Shown: piece after piece, positions 37,450 through 49,055 of the stretch | How positions within the stretch are numbered: the stretch's first letter is position 1 | Layout: the number at the start of each line of letters is the position of its first letter | Source of the DNA: Lama guanicoe | Lineage: Eukaryota | NCBI GenBank assembly: GCA_013239625.1 | Contig: MU054323.1 | Coordinates: forward strand, 7,057,220-7,121,219 | Direction: 5' to 3' | Length of the DNA: 64,000 bases | Position numbers and translations under genes: made by a program | Notes under the pieces: generated by a model | The model's input: the letters and a program-made list of their open reading frames with translations, nothing else | Databases searched by the model: none | What the model was told of the DNA's origin: nothing

Positions 37450-39612
37450 GATTTAACAGGAAAGCCTTTGGATTGGGTGCTCAAGACCCTCTCAACATGG
37501 CCCCAGACTATGTTCCCAGCTTCCCTTCCTATTTCTGCTCCCTGTCCTCAACCCTATTCCAGCCAGATAAGACTCTCCATCCTCTACCATTCTGACCGTA
37601 GCAAATTGTATTCACCTCTGGCTGGAATTATTCATGTTATCTTCACATCTAGAAATCCTGCCCATTCTTCAAAACCCATTTTGAATGCTTTTCCTTCATG
37701 AAGCTCTACTCTGCCTCTTCTATGGGCCTCCACCATAGTAATTATCAAACGTTATTGTAGTTTTTGCATGTCTCCCCTCTCCTGAGCATCTTCCACAGGG
37801 TCTAGCACATAGTATGAAGAGAGCAGTAAATATTTGATAAAAAGAATGAATTAGCCTATCGGCTCTCTGAAGGTCTAAACAGAGGTCTGTGCTTCTCATG
37901 CACAATTCACCATATTCTTCCTTGTCATGCAATGTTTTTATTAGTATTTGTCTTGTACTCCCTCCTAGAGATTTCTGTGAAGACAGACACTACATTTCCC
38001 ACTGTGATGCAGACTGCAGTGTTTAATGAGTATATTTTGTGTTTCACAGAGTGTTGGTGTAGGGATATCTCTAGGTGTCCAGACCAAATTAGACTCCAAA
38101 TTCACCCCGCTGCCCTGATTCAAGGGCAAAAGTGACTCTCAGTAAATCTCAAAGTCCCCTGACCTGGTCCTAGAACTGGAGAGTAGAAAGCAGAGACTCT
38201 TTGTATGTCATCCGAGGGTACAGGCTACATATGAGCTCCAGAAACCTTCCCAGAGTTTTCCATGGGGCCTCTAGGACTTGTATGTCTGCTAAGAGAGGTA
38301 AAGGGTTAAAGGAAAAGGAACAAAAGGAACCTCAAGGGAGCGGGAAGAGCTGGTGAAGCCAGAGAGAAATGGGAAACTTGGGTTTGGGGTACAACAGAAA
38401 AGAGTACTGATCTGAAAGTCCAGCATTCTCTCTTTGGCTCTGTCCCTGCCTTGGGTGAGGAAGGAAAGAAAATAAATACACTGAATGCCCACTGTGTACT
38501 TTCATATAGGTTTTACATAAATTTCCCAACAGTCCTGCAGGAAGCTGAGGTTCAGAGAGGGAGATGACTGGCCTATAGGCACACAGCTCAGTGTATCTAA
38601 GGAAAAAGAACATAAATTAACCTCTCACAGCCTCAGTTTTCTCTTCATTAAAATGGGAGACATTACACCATCTTTAAGGTTCTCCTCTCCCCAACTTCTA
38701 CTAGTAGAATATTTTGAGGACAAAACCCCTCAATCATGGGCCAAGGAAGAAACTAAGGAATAGATGTTGAAAGCACAGGTAAATGTGTGAAATGTAGAGT
38801 CTGAGTGAGACGCCTTAGAGAAGCTCAGAGCTGGGCTAGAAGATGTCTTCAGGCGTGAGCCTTCTGTCCATCTGTGTCTGTTTGTCACACGGTCACAGAA
38901 GGTGAAGTCGGCCCTGGGGCACCGGTAGAGAGGATTCTGGCTGCAAAGCTTGTGATTTGCCCTTGTGAATCTGGGAGAAGAAAAGCAAGCTGACTTCCTG
39001 CAGCGCTTGAGGGGTGGGAAGGGCTGCGTTTCCTGCGTACCTGACTCAGGGAGGACGCGCTTTGGTAGCCGGCACTTGGCCAAGAGTGACAGGGAGGGCC
39101 ACAACTGAGCGCTTAATTAGGGAAGGGGGTTATTAAGGAGGCCAAGGGAGAGCGGAGGGTTATTCCCCCAATTCCTCTTCCTGGCGCCCCCTGGCTCAAC
39201 CAACGCATCCTGGATAAATCTGGGGGAGTGGGTACCTCCGCAGATTTCAGTGTCCCTTCCGACTCTCGGGGCCCACGGGTTATGGGAGATCTCAGCTGCG
39301 GGCCTGAGCGTTCCAACCGGAGCAGGGAGTTCGGGTGGATCACTTCCCCCGGGGGACGTTGAGGTTGGAAAACGCGCCACCCAGCACCTAGGGGTGAAAG
39401 CCTGAGAAGAGCGCATCTAGGGATTTGGGTTTACCCGAGGTGGGGAAGTGCGGGGGGGGCGAGGTTGGGCGCGGCGGGACGTGGGCGGGGCGGCCAGGCA
39501 GTGGCCGAGCCCCGGGGGGAGGGACCTTAATTAGCATAGTCACCGCCCCTCTCGGCGGAGCCCTGCCCAGAAACCCGAGCGGAGGCCGGCCGCGCTCAGC
39601 CCGGGCTGCTGA

Positions 39613-39729
39613 ATGGGCGCGCGGCTCCCGGCTCCGGCCCTCCCGCGTCCAGCCCGTGTTCCAGCTCCCGCTCCCGCCCAGCCCGGGCCTCCGCCGGCTG
39701 CCGCCATCCGCCGCCTCGGCTGTGAATGA
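39613..39729 (+). other. Upstream ORF (38 aa, MGARLPAPALPRPARVPAPAPAQPGPPPAAAIRRLGCE*) in the putative EFR3B leader
   Basis: ATG at 39613 is open to TGA at 39727-39729. It is only part of the mRNA if transcription starts upstream of 39613. Confidence 0.5.
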
Positions 39730-39796
39730 AAGGCCGGCGCCGCCGGGGGCTGGCTGCAGGCGACGCGGCCTCCCAGGAGGCGCTCGCCCCGCCAAG

Positions 39797-39803
39797 ATGT
39801 ACG
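39797..39803 (+). CDS. EFR3B: Coding part of exon 1 of EFR3B (ATG TAC G, phase-1 donor); plasma-membrane anchor of the PI4KA complex
   Basis: ccgccaagATGTACG|gtaagg: A at -3, strong donor at 39804, at the 3' end of a CpG-island leader. M-Y-G matches the recalled EFR3B start MYGVCGCC, whose first exon carries 7 coding nt. The call rests on only 7 nt plus context; exon 2 was not seen in the window. Confidence 0.75.
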
Positions 39804-40711
39804 GTAAGGAGGGCTCTGCCTCCAGGCTCGCAAACTTGCGGGACGCGGACCTTTGTCCCCTTGTGGGGCCCCGGCGAGGCCCAGGGGGCGCGAACGCGGT
39901 GCCCAGCTAGGCTCTTTCTGTGGTTCTGTGCGCGCGCTTCTGCGCTGAGAGGACAAAGATGCTCACGGCCGGGGACCCTGGGGTCTTCGAGGTCTTTCGG
40001 GTCGCTGGTTTGCAAGCGCTGGGGCGGGTGGGCGGTGGTCCGTCAGGGGGCGGGGGCCTAGAGGGATCCGGAGCGGCTGGGTTCTGGGGAGAGCGAGTCT
40101 CCCTTGGAGCCGAGCAGACAGGGAGTGTTGGTGGAGGTGGTCGTGTGACAGCATTCGCAGAATTAACAAAGCGGGTTGTGCTGGGGAGTTTTATGCGGGA
40201 AGCTGGTCCGGGATTGCAGGGAGACGCTCGCTGCCTGCCTTGTGCCGGTCCCGAGGATGTGGGAGGTGGCGCCCGCGGTGCAGAGGGCTGGACGGCGAGC
40301 CAGTTCTGGGTGTATGGTCTCGCCGCCCATGGATGGACCTGGCCTCCGCATGCCTCTGCCGCCCGTGGGACCCAGGCTCCCGAACTTCCAGATATGCCCT
40401 CCGCTGCGATGAAAGGGGGAGACGCTGCTGAGGGTGCCGCGCAGCTCTGGGTAGCCATCTCTTGTTGTCCCCTGACACCTCTTGCCCCCTTCCCCGTCTG
40501 TCCCTTTAACTGATGTGCAACAGTTAGCCAGACCCTCATGGTGCACTGTTCTGCTTTTAAAATTTCCAGGAATTCCCCTGGTTTTGGAGGCAGTGTGGGT
40601 GAAGAAAAGAGCACTTTGGGTCCCAGATTGCAGCTCTGACGAATGGAACAGTGGCGACCCCGACCAGTCTAGAAATCAACTGCATTATAGAGCCTCCAGA
40701 TGCTCTGAGCT

Positions 40712-40712
<1 letters not shown>

Positions 40713-40808
<96 letters not shown>
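40713..40808 (+). repeat. Compound microsatellite (GT)18(GA)16(GACA)7
   Basis: Counted directly. Confidence 0.97.
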
Positions 40809-42397
40809 GGAGAGAGAGGATCCTTATGGATGTAAGTCCATCAGAACTCGGGCTCTGGCAGCTCTTTAGGACCAGCAAAAGAGCTAGAGCTGTGCTCAGC
40901 TTCCACCCCCACTGCCAGGTAGGGGCCCAGGCCGCACCTGAAGGGTGAGTGTCAGAAGAAAAGCACATTCCCCCAATTTAACCCATCACTGAGGCCGCTC
41001 AGCTGCCTAACTCTGCAGACAGACTGGTGAGTCACGAAGTTTGTTGGAGGCACAGGAAGCTGTGAACACAGTGCAAAGGCTTAGCAGTCGGTGGGCCTCA
41101 CTATTTAGAGACACTCAGCCTTTTAATGAGCTTCCTTTCCTACCCCCTTGGTCACATGTGCATTTCTGAACAGGTCAAAACATCAGCAGGTCCCTTCAGC
41201 AAGTATCATTTCTCTTGGATGCGCCAAAGCTGGGGAGTGGGGTGGGAGGGGAGCTTGACTTCAGTGCATGTTCTGCTGGCCAGTGGGGACTCTGCAGGAA
41301 GGTAACAAGGAGGTTGTATTTTATAAGCTAGGAGGTTGTGAGGTTCCCAGGAGAGAGCTATATTTTCTTACCCTCTGTTTTCCCCCATTCTTTTCTGCAC
41401 AGTGAGCAGCCTAAAGCTGCAGATCACTTGACAAAAGCATGTGACTGCAGGGGCACCTGCAGTGGGGAAGGAGTTGGGACAAGGCCCATCAGAATGAAGA
41501 AGAGTTAGGAACCCTAGTTCTGCTGGGTCACCTCGAAGCATTTAGTCTGACACCATTGGATAACTGATCCCAGGATACCTCAGCATTGGGGTGAGGGTGG
41601 GGGGTCCCACTCTGCCTGTATTGTATGAAGCAAGTCAACGAAGAGTTGGATGGTACAGAAAGGTGAACCAGGAAGCTGACATATCTGGGTGCTATCTTTG
41701 GATACACCACAGATTTTCAGTTCTCCTTTGTAATATGTTCTTATGCCTCCAGATGCAAAGAGATGGTACTTTACCCCTGAATCATTCATAGAAAGATTAC
41801 AAAGAAGGAATCCTCTGGGCAGTTGCCTGCAGCAAAGTCACGCCAGTGCTGGCTGGGTGATGATAATTTCTTGCTTAGTGCAAAGCCTTGTCTTTGTTGG
41901 TGTGAGAGGTGCCCACTCTCCAAGGGGAGAGCTCATTGGCCTGGATTTTAGTATTTTCTTGACTTTCATGAAAAGAAATGTTCCATGTCATACTTATTAT
42001 CATTCCCTTTTCAGAGACAACAGAGTGATGAAAAAAGATGTGGATAGGGAGGTTAGAAAGGCATAGAATCATAGACTTTTTATATTTGGTTCTTATTTTC
42101 TAAGTGATTTATCCAAGGTGACACAGTTCGATGGAATAAGGCAAAAGCAAAACTGGGGCTTCCTAGCCCAGTGCCCTTCCCCTCCCCTGATGCCTTGGGT
42201 AAATGCTCATCAAGAAAATGCCACCAGGGATTTTATTAACTGATGGACAGTGAGGCCCCCATGTAGAACCAAGAGTCACCTAAGAGCTTTAGGTAAGGTG
42301 TCCCTTGACCACTCACCTTGGTTACTGGATCCATTATAAATGTGTCTAATCTCACTCCCACTGCCACTTCTCAGCTGCTTGATGCTCCTGGATGGAT

Positions 42398-42509
42398 CTT
42401 CAACTCCCCTCTGTCTCCTCCTCACCTTACCTCTGCCCCCAGCAACCCAGCCTTCAACTCCCCTCTGTCTCCTCCTCACCTTACCTCTGCCCCCAGCAAC
42501 CCAGCCTTC
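42398..42509 (+). repeat. Perfect 54-bp tandem duplication
   Basis: cttcaactcccctctgtctcctcctcaccttacctctgcccccagcaacccagc twice, followed by cttc. Confidence 0.97.
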
Positions 42510-43004
42510 CTGAGTCCTCAGTCTCCCCCATCTTTTCCTTCAGTCTGTGGGAGAATAAGGCCCCCCTCTCTCTGTGAGAGGACACAATTCTATCTGGAAC
42601 AGAAAGGATCCTAGATCTGGGGTCAGCCCATCTCAACCTAGAGCCAGTTCGCAGCTATTTCACCTCAGACAAGTGGAATTATATCTCTATATAAAATAAT
42701 GAGTGGCCCGTCTACTGCCCAGGTCTTTGTGAGCCTCAGCGCTGGACGCTGTATGTGACAGTGCATTTTAAGAGATTCTGCACACACAAGACCAACTGCT
42801 CAAGAGCCTATGCCCTTCAGGTCCTCTTGGGCCTTTCCCCTTCTCTCTTCCTCTCTACTGGCTCCTGAAGATGCCTGTTGCATCCCCTTTCACCCCAGCT
42901 TAAACACACAAACCATCTTGACTTACCTAGCCACTCAAGCCACTGAACGACTTTCCTTCACCAAACTCACCCAGCTGCCTCCTCACCACTTACTCACTCA
43001 CCCC

Positions 43005-43683
43005 TCAACCCCAGTCACTTTCTAGAAATGGCTCTCCAAAAGGATACAGGTGACTCTCCACATTCTTGTTTATACTTATGAACATAGATTGACAAGGGAC
43101 CTGGAAAAATAAAAGCACTTTGTACTGGAGGAGGAAGATTGTGGGCAAATTCTCTGCAAAAAAAAATGGATTCCCACTAGGTTTTGTGTGCGTGTGCGTG
43201 TGTGTGTGTGTTAGAATTACATAACTGAAAGTTTTCCTATTCCTCTCCCCTGGGATGAAGCCATGGTGGTCCCGCCTGAGAGCATCCCCCTTACCCACCA
43301 AGATGAGGCCGAGCTCTCTAAGAAATACGAGCCTCCAGATTTAGGGCAGCCGGCCACAAAGACGATTGGGAGGGATTTCCCCGGAACCACTGTCTGTGTA
43401 GCCCAATCCCACGAACACAAATGCTGCTCTGACGAATCCCTCCTCACTTCTATGTGCTGCCTCAGCCCCAACGGATGCCTTTCTTCATGATTTGCGGCCA
43501 AGAAAGCTGACTGTAGGGAAAATAGTAGTGGCGCACAACTTTCTGTAAATGCGCGTTACAGAGCACACGTGTGGAGCAGGGGGGCGGGGGAGGCTGTGTT
43601 GGGCGGTGTGGGGAAATGCGGGGTGGGGCTGCGGGACAGAGACTCACCTTTGCAGAAAGCTCCATAGATCCTGCTGCTCCCAT
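43005..43683 (-). other. Candidate 3-exon antisense ORF (exons 43683-43648, 43510-43295, 43100-43005; 115 aa), unverified
   Basis: gtgATGG start, donors AAG|gtgagt and TGG|gtaagg, acceptors ttttccctacag and ttttatttttccag, all junctions phase 0. No recognised homology. Confidence 0.25.
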
Positions 43684-46600
43684 CACAGGTGCCTCCCACC
43701 ACACGCACGCTCACGCATGCGCACGCACACGCACGCACGCTCCGACCTCGTCCCCCAAATCTTAAGACAGCCGCGTGGTGCAGTGTGTGGCTAGTTCAAG
43801 TGGAAGCTGGGTGGCCTGTCTCTCTACCTTTCTCCTCCCGACTCTATTCCCCTAGGAGGGGGCAGGGGTGAGTAGAGCTCGTTTCTCTCTTTTGCTGCTC
43901 ACAGTTCAGGGAATTCAAACGGTTGCAGTTTTCTTCTTGTGCACAAATAAAAATAAAAAGTTAATACCACCTTATGGAAAATCTGGAGAAGGGAGGAGGG
44001 AAAAAACCACCCACAATCCTACCCTCTAGAACCAACCTTTTTCTCCTGTTGTATAAATTACCCCTAGGATTTTGTGCTCGCCTGCTTTTGCCCTTTTGTG
44101 TCTCTTTGTTGCCTGATTCTGGTGTGTTACCTTGGTCGTGATGGTGGCTCTGCCCCTCAGGTAACCTTGGGCTTGACTTTCGAGCCTGTTTCCTGGCTCT
44201 CCAAGATGACAACGCCTACCTCATGGCAGGGATTAATCAAGATAAGAGAGCCGCCCCCACTTTCTCCTTCTCTTTCTTCAACTCTCTCTTCTCGACGTTT
44301 CTTAATTTTTAAAAAGGGACAAAAATAAAAGTAAACAAAAACTTATGTCACATAATCTTAATAACAGTGCTTGTGATACTGTTCCTGGTATAAACAAAAG
44401 AGAAATCTACTTTGGAAAGCATCTTTTTTTTTTTTTCTGGGAGTCAGCCAATCCTAGAAAATCTGGACAGCACAGTAAACCATAAACAAATATAACTAAT
44501 TGTTTTTACTGTTTTAATATCTTTCTTTCCATGAATTTCTTTATGTGGTTAGAATTACTCATTTTACATAAATTGGTATTCTACTTTTTTCTGCTTAACC
44601 TTAGAATATAAACATCCCCCCCCAAAATTAGTACAAACTCACTGGCTGCCATTTTTAATACCATTTTAATGCTTTGTAATAGTGCACAGAATGGATGTCC
44701 AATTTCCTTATGGTATATTTTAAGTTGTTCACAAAGATTCAGTACTATAACCCTGGGAGGAGTACCTGGTACCCAAAGCTTTCTCTGAACTTTGGAATAT
44801 TTCCCTAGGTTATAGCCCTCTAAATGGATTGATGAAGGTATATAGATATTTTAAAAGATTTGTTACATATTGTCAAATTTTTTTCAATTTGTATTGATTA
44901 CACTCCCACTAGCAGTTATGAGAGTACCTGTCTCCCTGTACTCTGAAAAGCATTAAAGGTTAGAATTTTTCCTAATCTTTGCTGATTTGATAGAAAAATT
45001 ATAACATTTTAACTTGTATTCTTTATTACTAGTGAAGTTAAACATTTCCTATTTTTCTAACCTTTTGCATTTTAGTGAATTGTCATATGCGTCTGAGTGC
45101 TTTATTTATTGAGGATATTAACCACTTGCCTGTCATTTGCTTGATGCTTTGTGCTTTGAAGGGAAATAGACATAAACCACCCAGTATTTGTGGGTGTCAA
45201 CTATGTACGATACGATATAGGGCATCATGGGGGATAAACAAATGTATAAAAGTTCCTTCTATCAAGAAGATTCCAGTTTCAGTGGGCAAATGAGTTAAAT
45301 TATACAAAGACAGTTTTAGCAAAATTGCAGTTTTGCAAGGTGGAGTGGAGTTACTCTTCAAATGATCAGCCAGCAGTACCTTGACGTGGAAGAGGCCACT
45401 GGGAGGTGGAGCCATTGGGAGAGCTTCAGAGGAGAGCAGGCATTTGTGTGGGATTCTGAGGCGGGATGGTTGGGGGGAAGGGCATGCCAGGTAGGTACTC
45501 ACCAGTGTAAGTGGATGGAGCAGGAGAAAGAGAAGACCTGTCTGGGGACAGTCAGGGGAGCTGCCTACCTGGATTTGGGCAGGTAGGTGGAGAATTATGT
45601 GATGGAGAAGGAAATTTTGTCATGATAAGGAGTTTTCACTTATGCCTGTGAGCAGTAGGAGCCGGTGAAGAGTTTAAAACTGTCAAATGGCTGATTTGCT
45701 CAATTGATGTTTTAAAGAAATGAAACTGGGGACCAATGTGCAGAATGGTTGCGGGGGGTGGGGGTAGGTGATGGGAAAATGAAGGAAAGAGGAGGAAATA
45801 GATGCTGCAGCCATAGGCGGTAGCCTAAAGAGTGAGAAATCTTTGGACCAGTTACAATTGTGCATATGCTGTGGAAGATGTTTGCCAATTAAAAAAAAAA
45901 AAAAATAAAAAAAAAAATCTCATGGTACATAAAATGTGGGTTATATAAGCAGATATAAAAGACAGTTTATTTTGAAATAGGTGCTAAATTACCTAGAGCA
46001 GTAAACGTATTATGATCTAACTATAACTAGTTCTAGAGAGGATTTGGAGCATATATTTTACACACACACACACACACACACCTGTGCTACAATAAATAAA
46101 GAGATCAATACAAAGAAAATCTAAGAGTTAAGTAGAAAAAATACAAAGCCAAAAATAAAGGTGTATCAGGAAAAAAACACAAACCTACCAAGAGGCCTGT
46201 TGCAAATTCATTTTTGAGCTTCCTGTAGGCCAAAATAGAGGAGGAAAGTCATTTGCAAGACTTATGGCATCTATAAAAATTTTTTTAAAATGCAGTTGCC
46301 TAGGACAAATACAGCTTTCTGAGATGCTGAGATCTGAAAGTAATTCCTCCCCGAGTTCCCCCATAAAGAGCAGGTATTTCATAAATATTGGTCTAAATTA
46401 GAATTTTCTTTTGAAAATATAGTTCCTTTGTTGTCTGTATCCCAGTTAGTAGACAGTGAAAACTGGTCCAAAAGCAAGTTTGTGGGTTCTGATTCCTTTC
46501 TGCTCTGAAATTGCCACCGACTATGCTCTCAGCTTCCTTCCTGGTTCGCCATCAGCCAGGACTTGCTGAGGCTCTTGCCCCTCCTTCCAGCTGTGGTTGT

Positions 46601-47029
46601 TATTTCTCTTTCCACGAATGAATGTGAGTCTTTTGAGAGTTTGCTCCCTTGAGAAGCTGTTTCTGCCTCCATAACCCAGGGGGGGTGTCTGTCCCTGTCA
46701 TTCATGTGCCTTATTTTAATTCACTGCACAGCCATTGACCACAATCTAGTAATTCTCTTGTCCATGTTCTCCAGTCGACCATCAGCTCCATGAAAGCAAG
46801 GAGCTCACTTCTCTTGGTCCCTACCACATCTTTAGAACGCAAGAGCACTGCCTGGTACAGGTTAGGTGCTCAGAATCCTTGTTGCATGGATGAAGCCTGA
46901 GCTAGATAGCATTTCTAAAATTTACCTCTTTATAACTTCTGACCTTCTGCACATTTCAGCCTCAACTGTGTTTTGAATAACAGTATAATTACTAGTATTT
47001 CATTTCCATTCCTTGGGTACCACAATAAG

Positions 47030-47250
47030 CTAACCACTAGTCTAAGCACTTTTTAGGTATTTATTGCTTTAATCCTCCTCAAATTCTGTGAATTGGGAAT
47101 TATTATTCTCATTTTAGAAATGAGAAAACTGAGGTGCTGGGAGTTTTAGTGACCAGCTTGTGGCTACACAGTTATGTGATCGGGCTGAATTGAACCTAGG
47201 CATTCCAGCTCTGGAGTGTGGACTCACCCTCCCTTCTACACTGCTGTCCC
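47030..47250 (-). mobile_element. MIR SINE
   Basis: tattattctcattttagaaatgagaaaactgagg. Confidence 0.75.
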
Positions 47251-48772
47251 TAGAGTATTCAGAATATTTCAGAGAATACAGGTCTTTTCTTTGCAAAGCT
47301 CACTGTACCGCACAGACTCGCACGTGTTAATTTAAGAAGAGAGGAGAGTGCACAGTTGGTGTGAACTCCTGAGGAGGACGTGCCTTCTCTTTGGCCCCAG
47401 GCATGTCAACAGGAAGGCTGGGAGGTCTCACTTCTGGTTGGAGCCTCTGCCTCTTGGCGCCATTCCCACCTCCTTTATCATTGTTTTGCTTTGTTAGAGA
47501 GAGAAAGGGCCTCAGAAGTGTCTGCAGGACCTAGAAGAGGAAAGGTAAGTAAGAGAGAAGTCAGGAGAGTAGGGTGGTGAGGCTGGGAGACAGAACGCAA
47601 AGCCAGTGATGGCACGAAAATCAAGGAAGCATGGGCGTGCACCTCGGGGCAGGGTGGGGAGTGGGGACAGGCAAGTGGAGTGGGGCTGTCGCAGCCAGCA
47701 CTGAGTCACACACATGCCTGATTGGCATTGCTCTTAAAAACGTGGTCCACAGTCACTGCTTGGCCTGGAGGACCACAAAGGACCCCAGAGACTGGGACCT
47801 TTGTTCATAGGAGCAGCTTCTACTTTTCTGATAGTTTGTGAATTAAAACCCCTTCCCTGCATCTTCAGATCCAGGCAATCTGGAGGCAGTGATTCCTGCC
47901 TCTGAGAAGGGGGGTTAGGACTGGACTGCGTGTGAGAGGGACAGTGGTCCAAGTCCCCAGTGGCCACCTTCTAGCCATAGGGCTCTGGGCAGTTAGTTCC
48001 TCTCTCTCTCAGCCCATTCCTTCCCCTATAAAAGGGGGATAATTAGTTTGCTTCGTGTGGTGAGGGGGTCAAATGAGAAAACATCCACATACATTATTTG
48101 CATTACAGAACACTGTATCTACGAAAGGGGATATTATCACTCTCTAAGCAATTCTTATGGATGTTTCTGGGGCATGGCCACGCCCTCTCCAGAAACAGTG
48201 GCAATCCCTGCTGACGAGGATGGGTATGCCATATTTAGACTATGTTTGTTAAAATCCTTAGACAGAAGGGTCTGGTAATAAGAACATCAAACCAGAGAGA
48301 TGCTGCAATTTTGGCTAGCTGGGTCCCTGCCCCTGGGAAGTCTGCCCGCCACACGGGGGCCCTGTGAGTGGACAGCCCTGACACTGATTCTGTTGAGCAC
48401 TTTCTTGTCTCCTAGAGAACCATCCACAAATTGGCCGCCCATGACTGTGTCCCTCATCCGCATGCCAGAAAGATGAGAAAATCTCTTTAGACCACAAAGA
48501 GGACGGAGGCGACATCTTTATCTAAATCCTTAGATCATGCTAAATTCTTATAAGTTACTAAAACTTAGCAATGTTTATTGTGTGTCATTCTATTCATTAT
48601 CTCCACTCAGAACAACCCTTTGGTGGTCGATGTCATTATGTCTCTGGTTGAACTGGGGACACAGATTCAAAAGACCAATAATTTTCCCAGGGTCATGCAG
48701 CTGGTTGAAGTTCATTCTCTCCATTGTCTCCTAAGCAAGTGTTCACAGAGCTTTGTGTGAGATTAAAACACT

Positions 48773-48946
48773 GCTTATGGTTACCAGGAAGGAAAGTTGG
48801 GGGAGGTGGGGGGATAAATTTGGAGTTTGGGATTTGCAGATACCAACTACTGTATATAAAATAGACAACAAAGTCCTACTGTGTAGCACAGGGAATTGTA
48901 TTCGATACCTTGTAATAGCTTATAATGAAAAAGAATATGAAAAAGA

Positions 48947-48979
<33 letters not shown>

Positions 48980-49055
48980 ACTGAACCACTATGCTATATA
49001 CCAGAAACTAACACAACATTGTAAACCAGTTAGACTTCAGTTAAAGAAAAAAAGA
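48773..49055 (+). mobile_element. Lineage L1 3' end with internal (AC)n(AT)n
   Basis: gggataaatttggagtttgggatttgcaga...ctactgtgtagcacagggaa...ccagaaactaacacaacattgtaaa. Confidence 0.85.

Larger units (their letters stand above)
39280..40445. promoter_or_regulatory. CpG island / promoter, 5' UTR and start of intron 1 of the putative EFR3B
   Basis: Very GC-rich with dense unmutated CpG in a CpG-depleted background. GC boxes (tgggcggggcgg, about 39482-39493), G-runs at 39442-39523, and TTAATTAGCATA at 39527-39538. Confidence 0.9.

Noticed and set aside
39183..39197. CTCF site (gccagggggcgcc on the minus strand)
   Set aside because: The core matches but the conserved upstream CC is absent, and such matches are frequent in GC-rich DNA.
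39388..40614. Many overlapping 100-235 aa ORFs on both strands
   Set aside because: Expected stop-codon scarcity in a CpG island; Gly/Pro/Arg/Ala low-complexity products with no recognisable domain.
43775..43800. Possible EFR3B exon 2 (cagtgtgtggct)
   Set aside because: Does not continue as CCGALRPRYKRLV and lacks a polypyrimidine tract; no exon 2 was found in the window.
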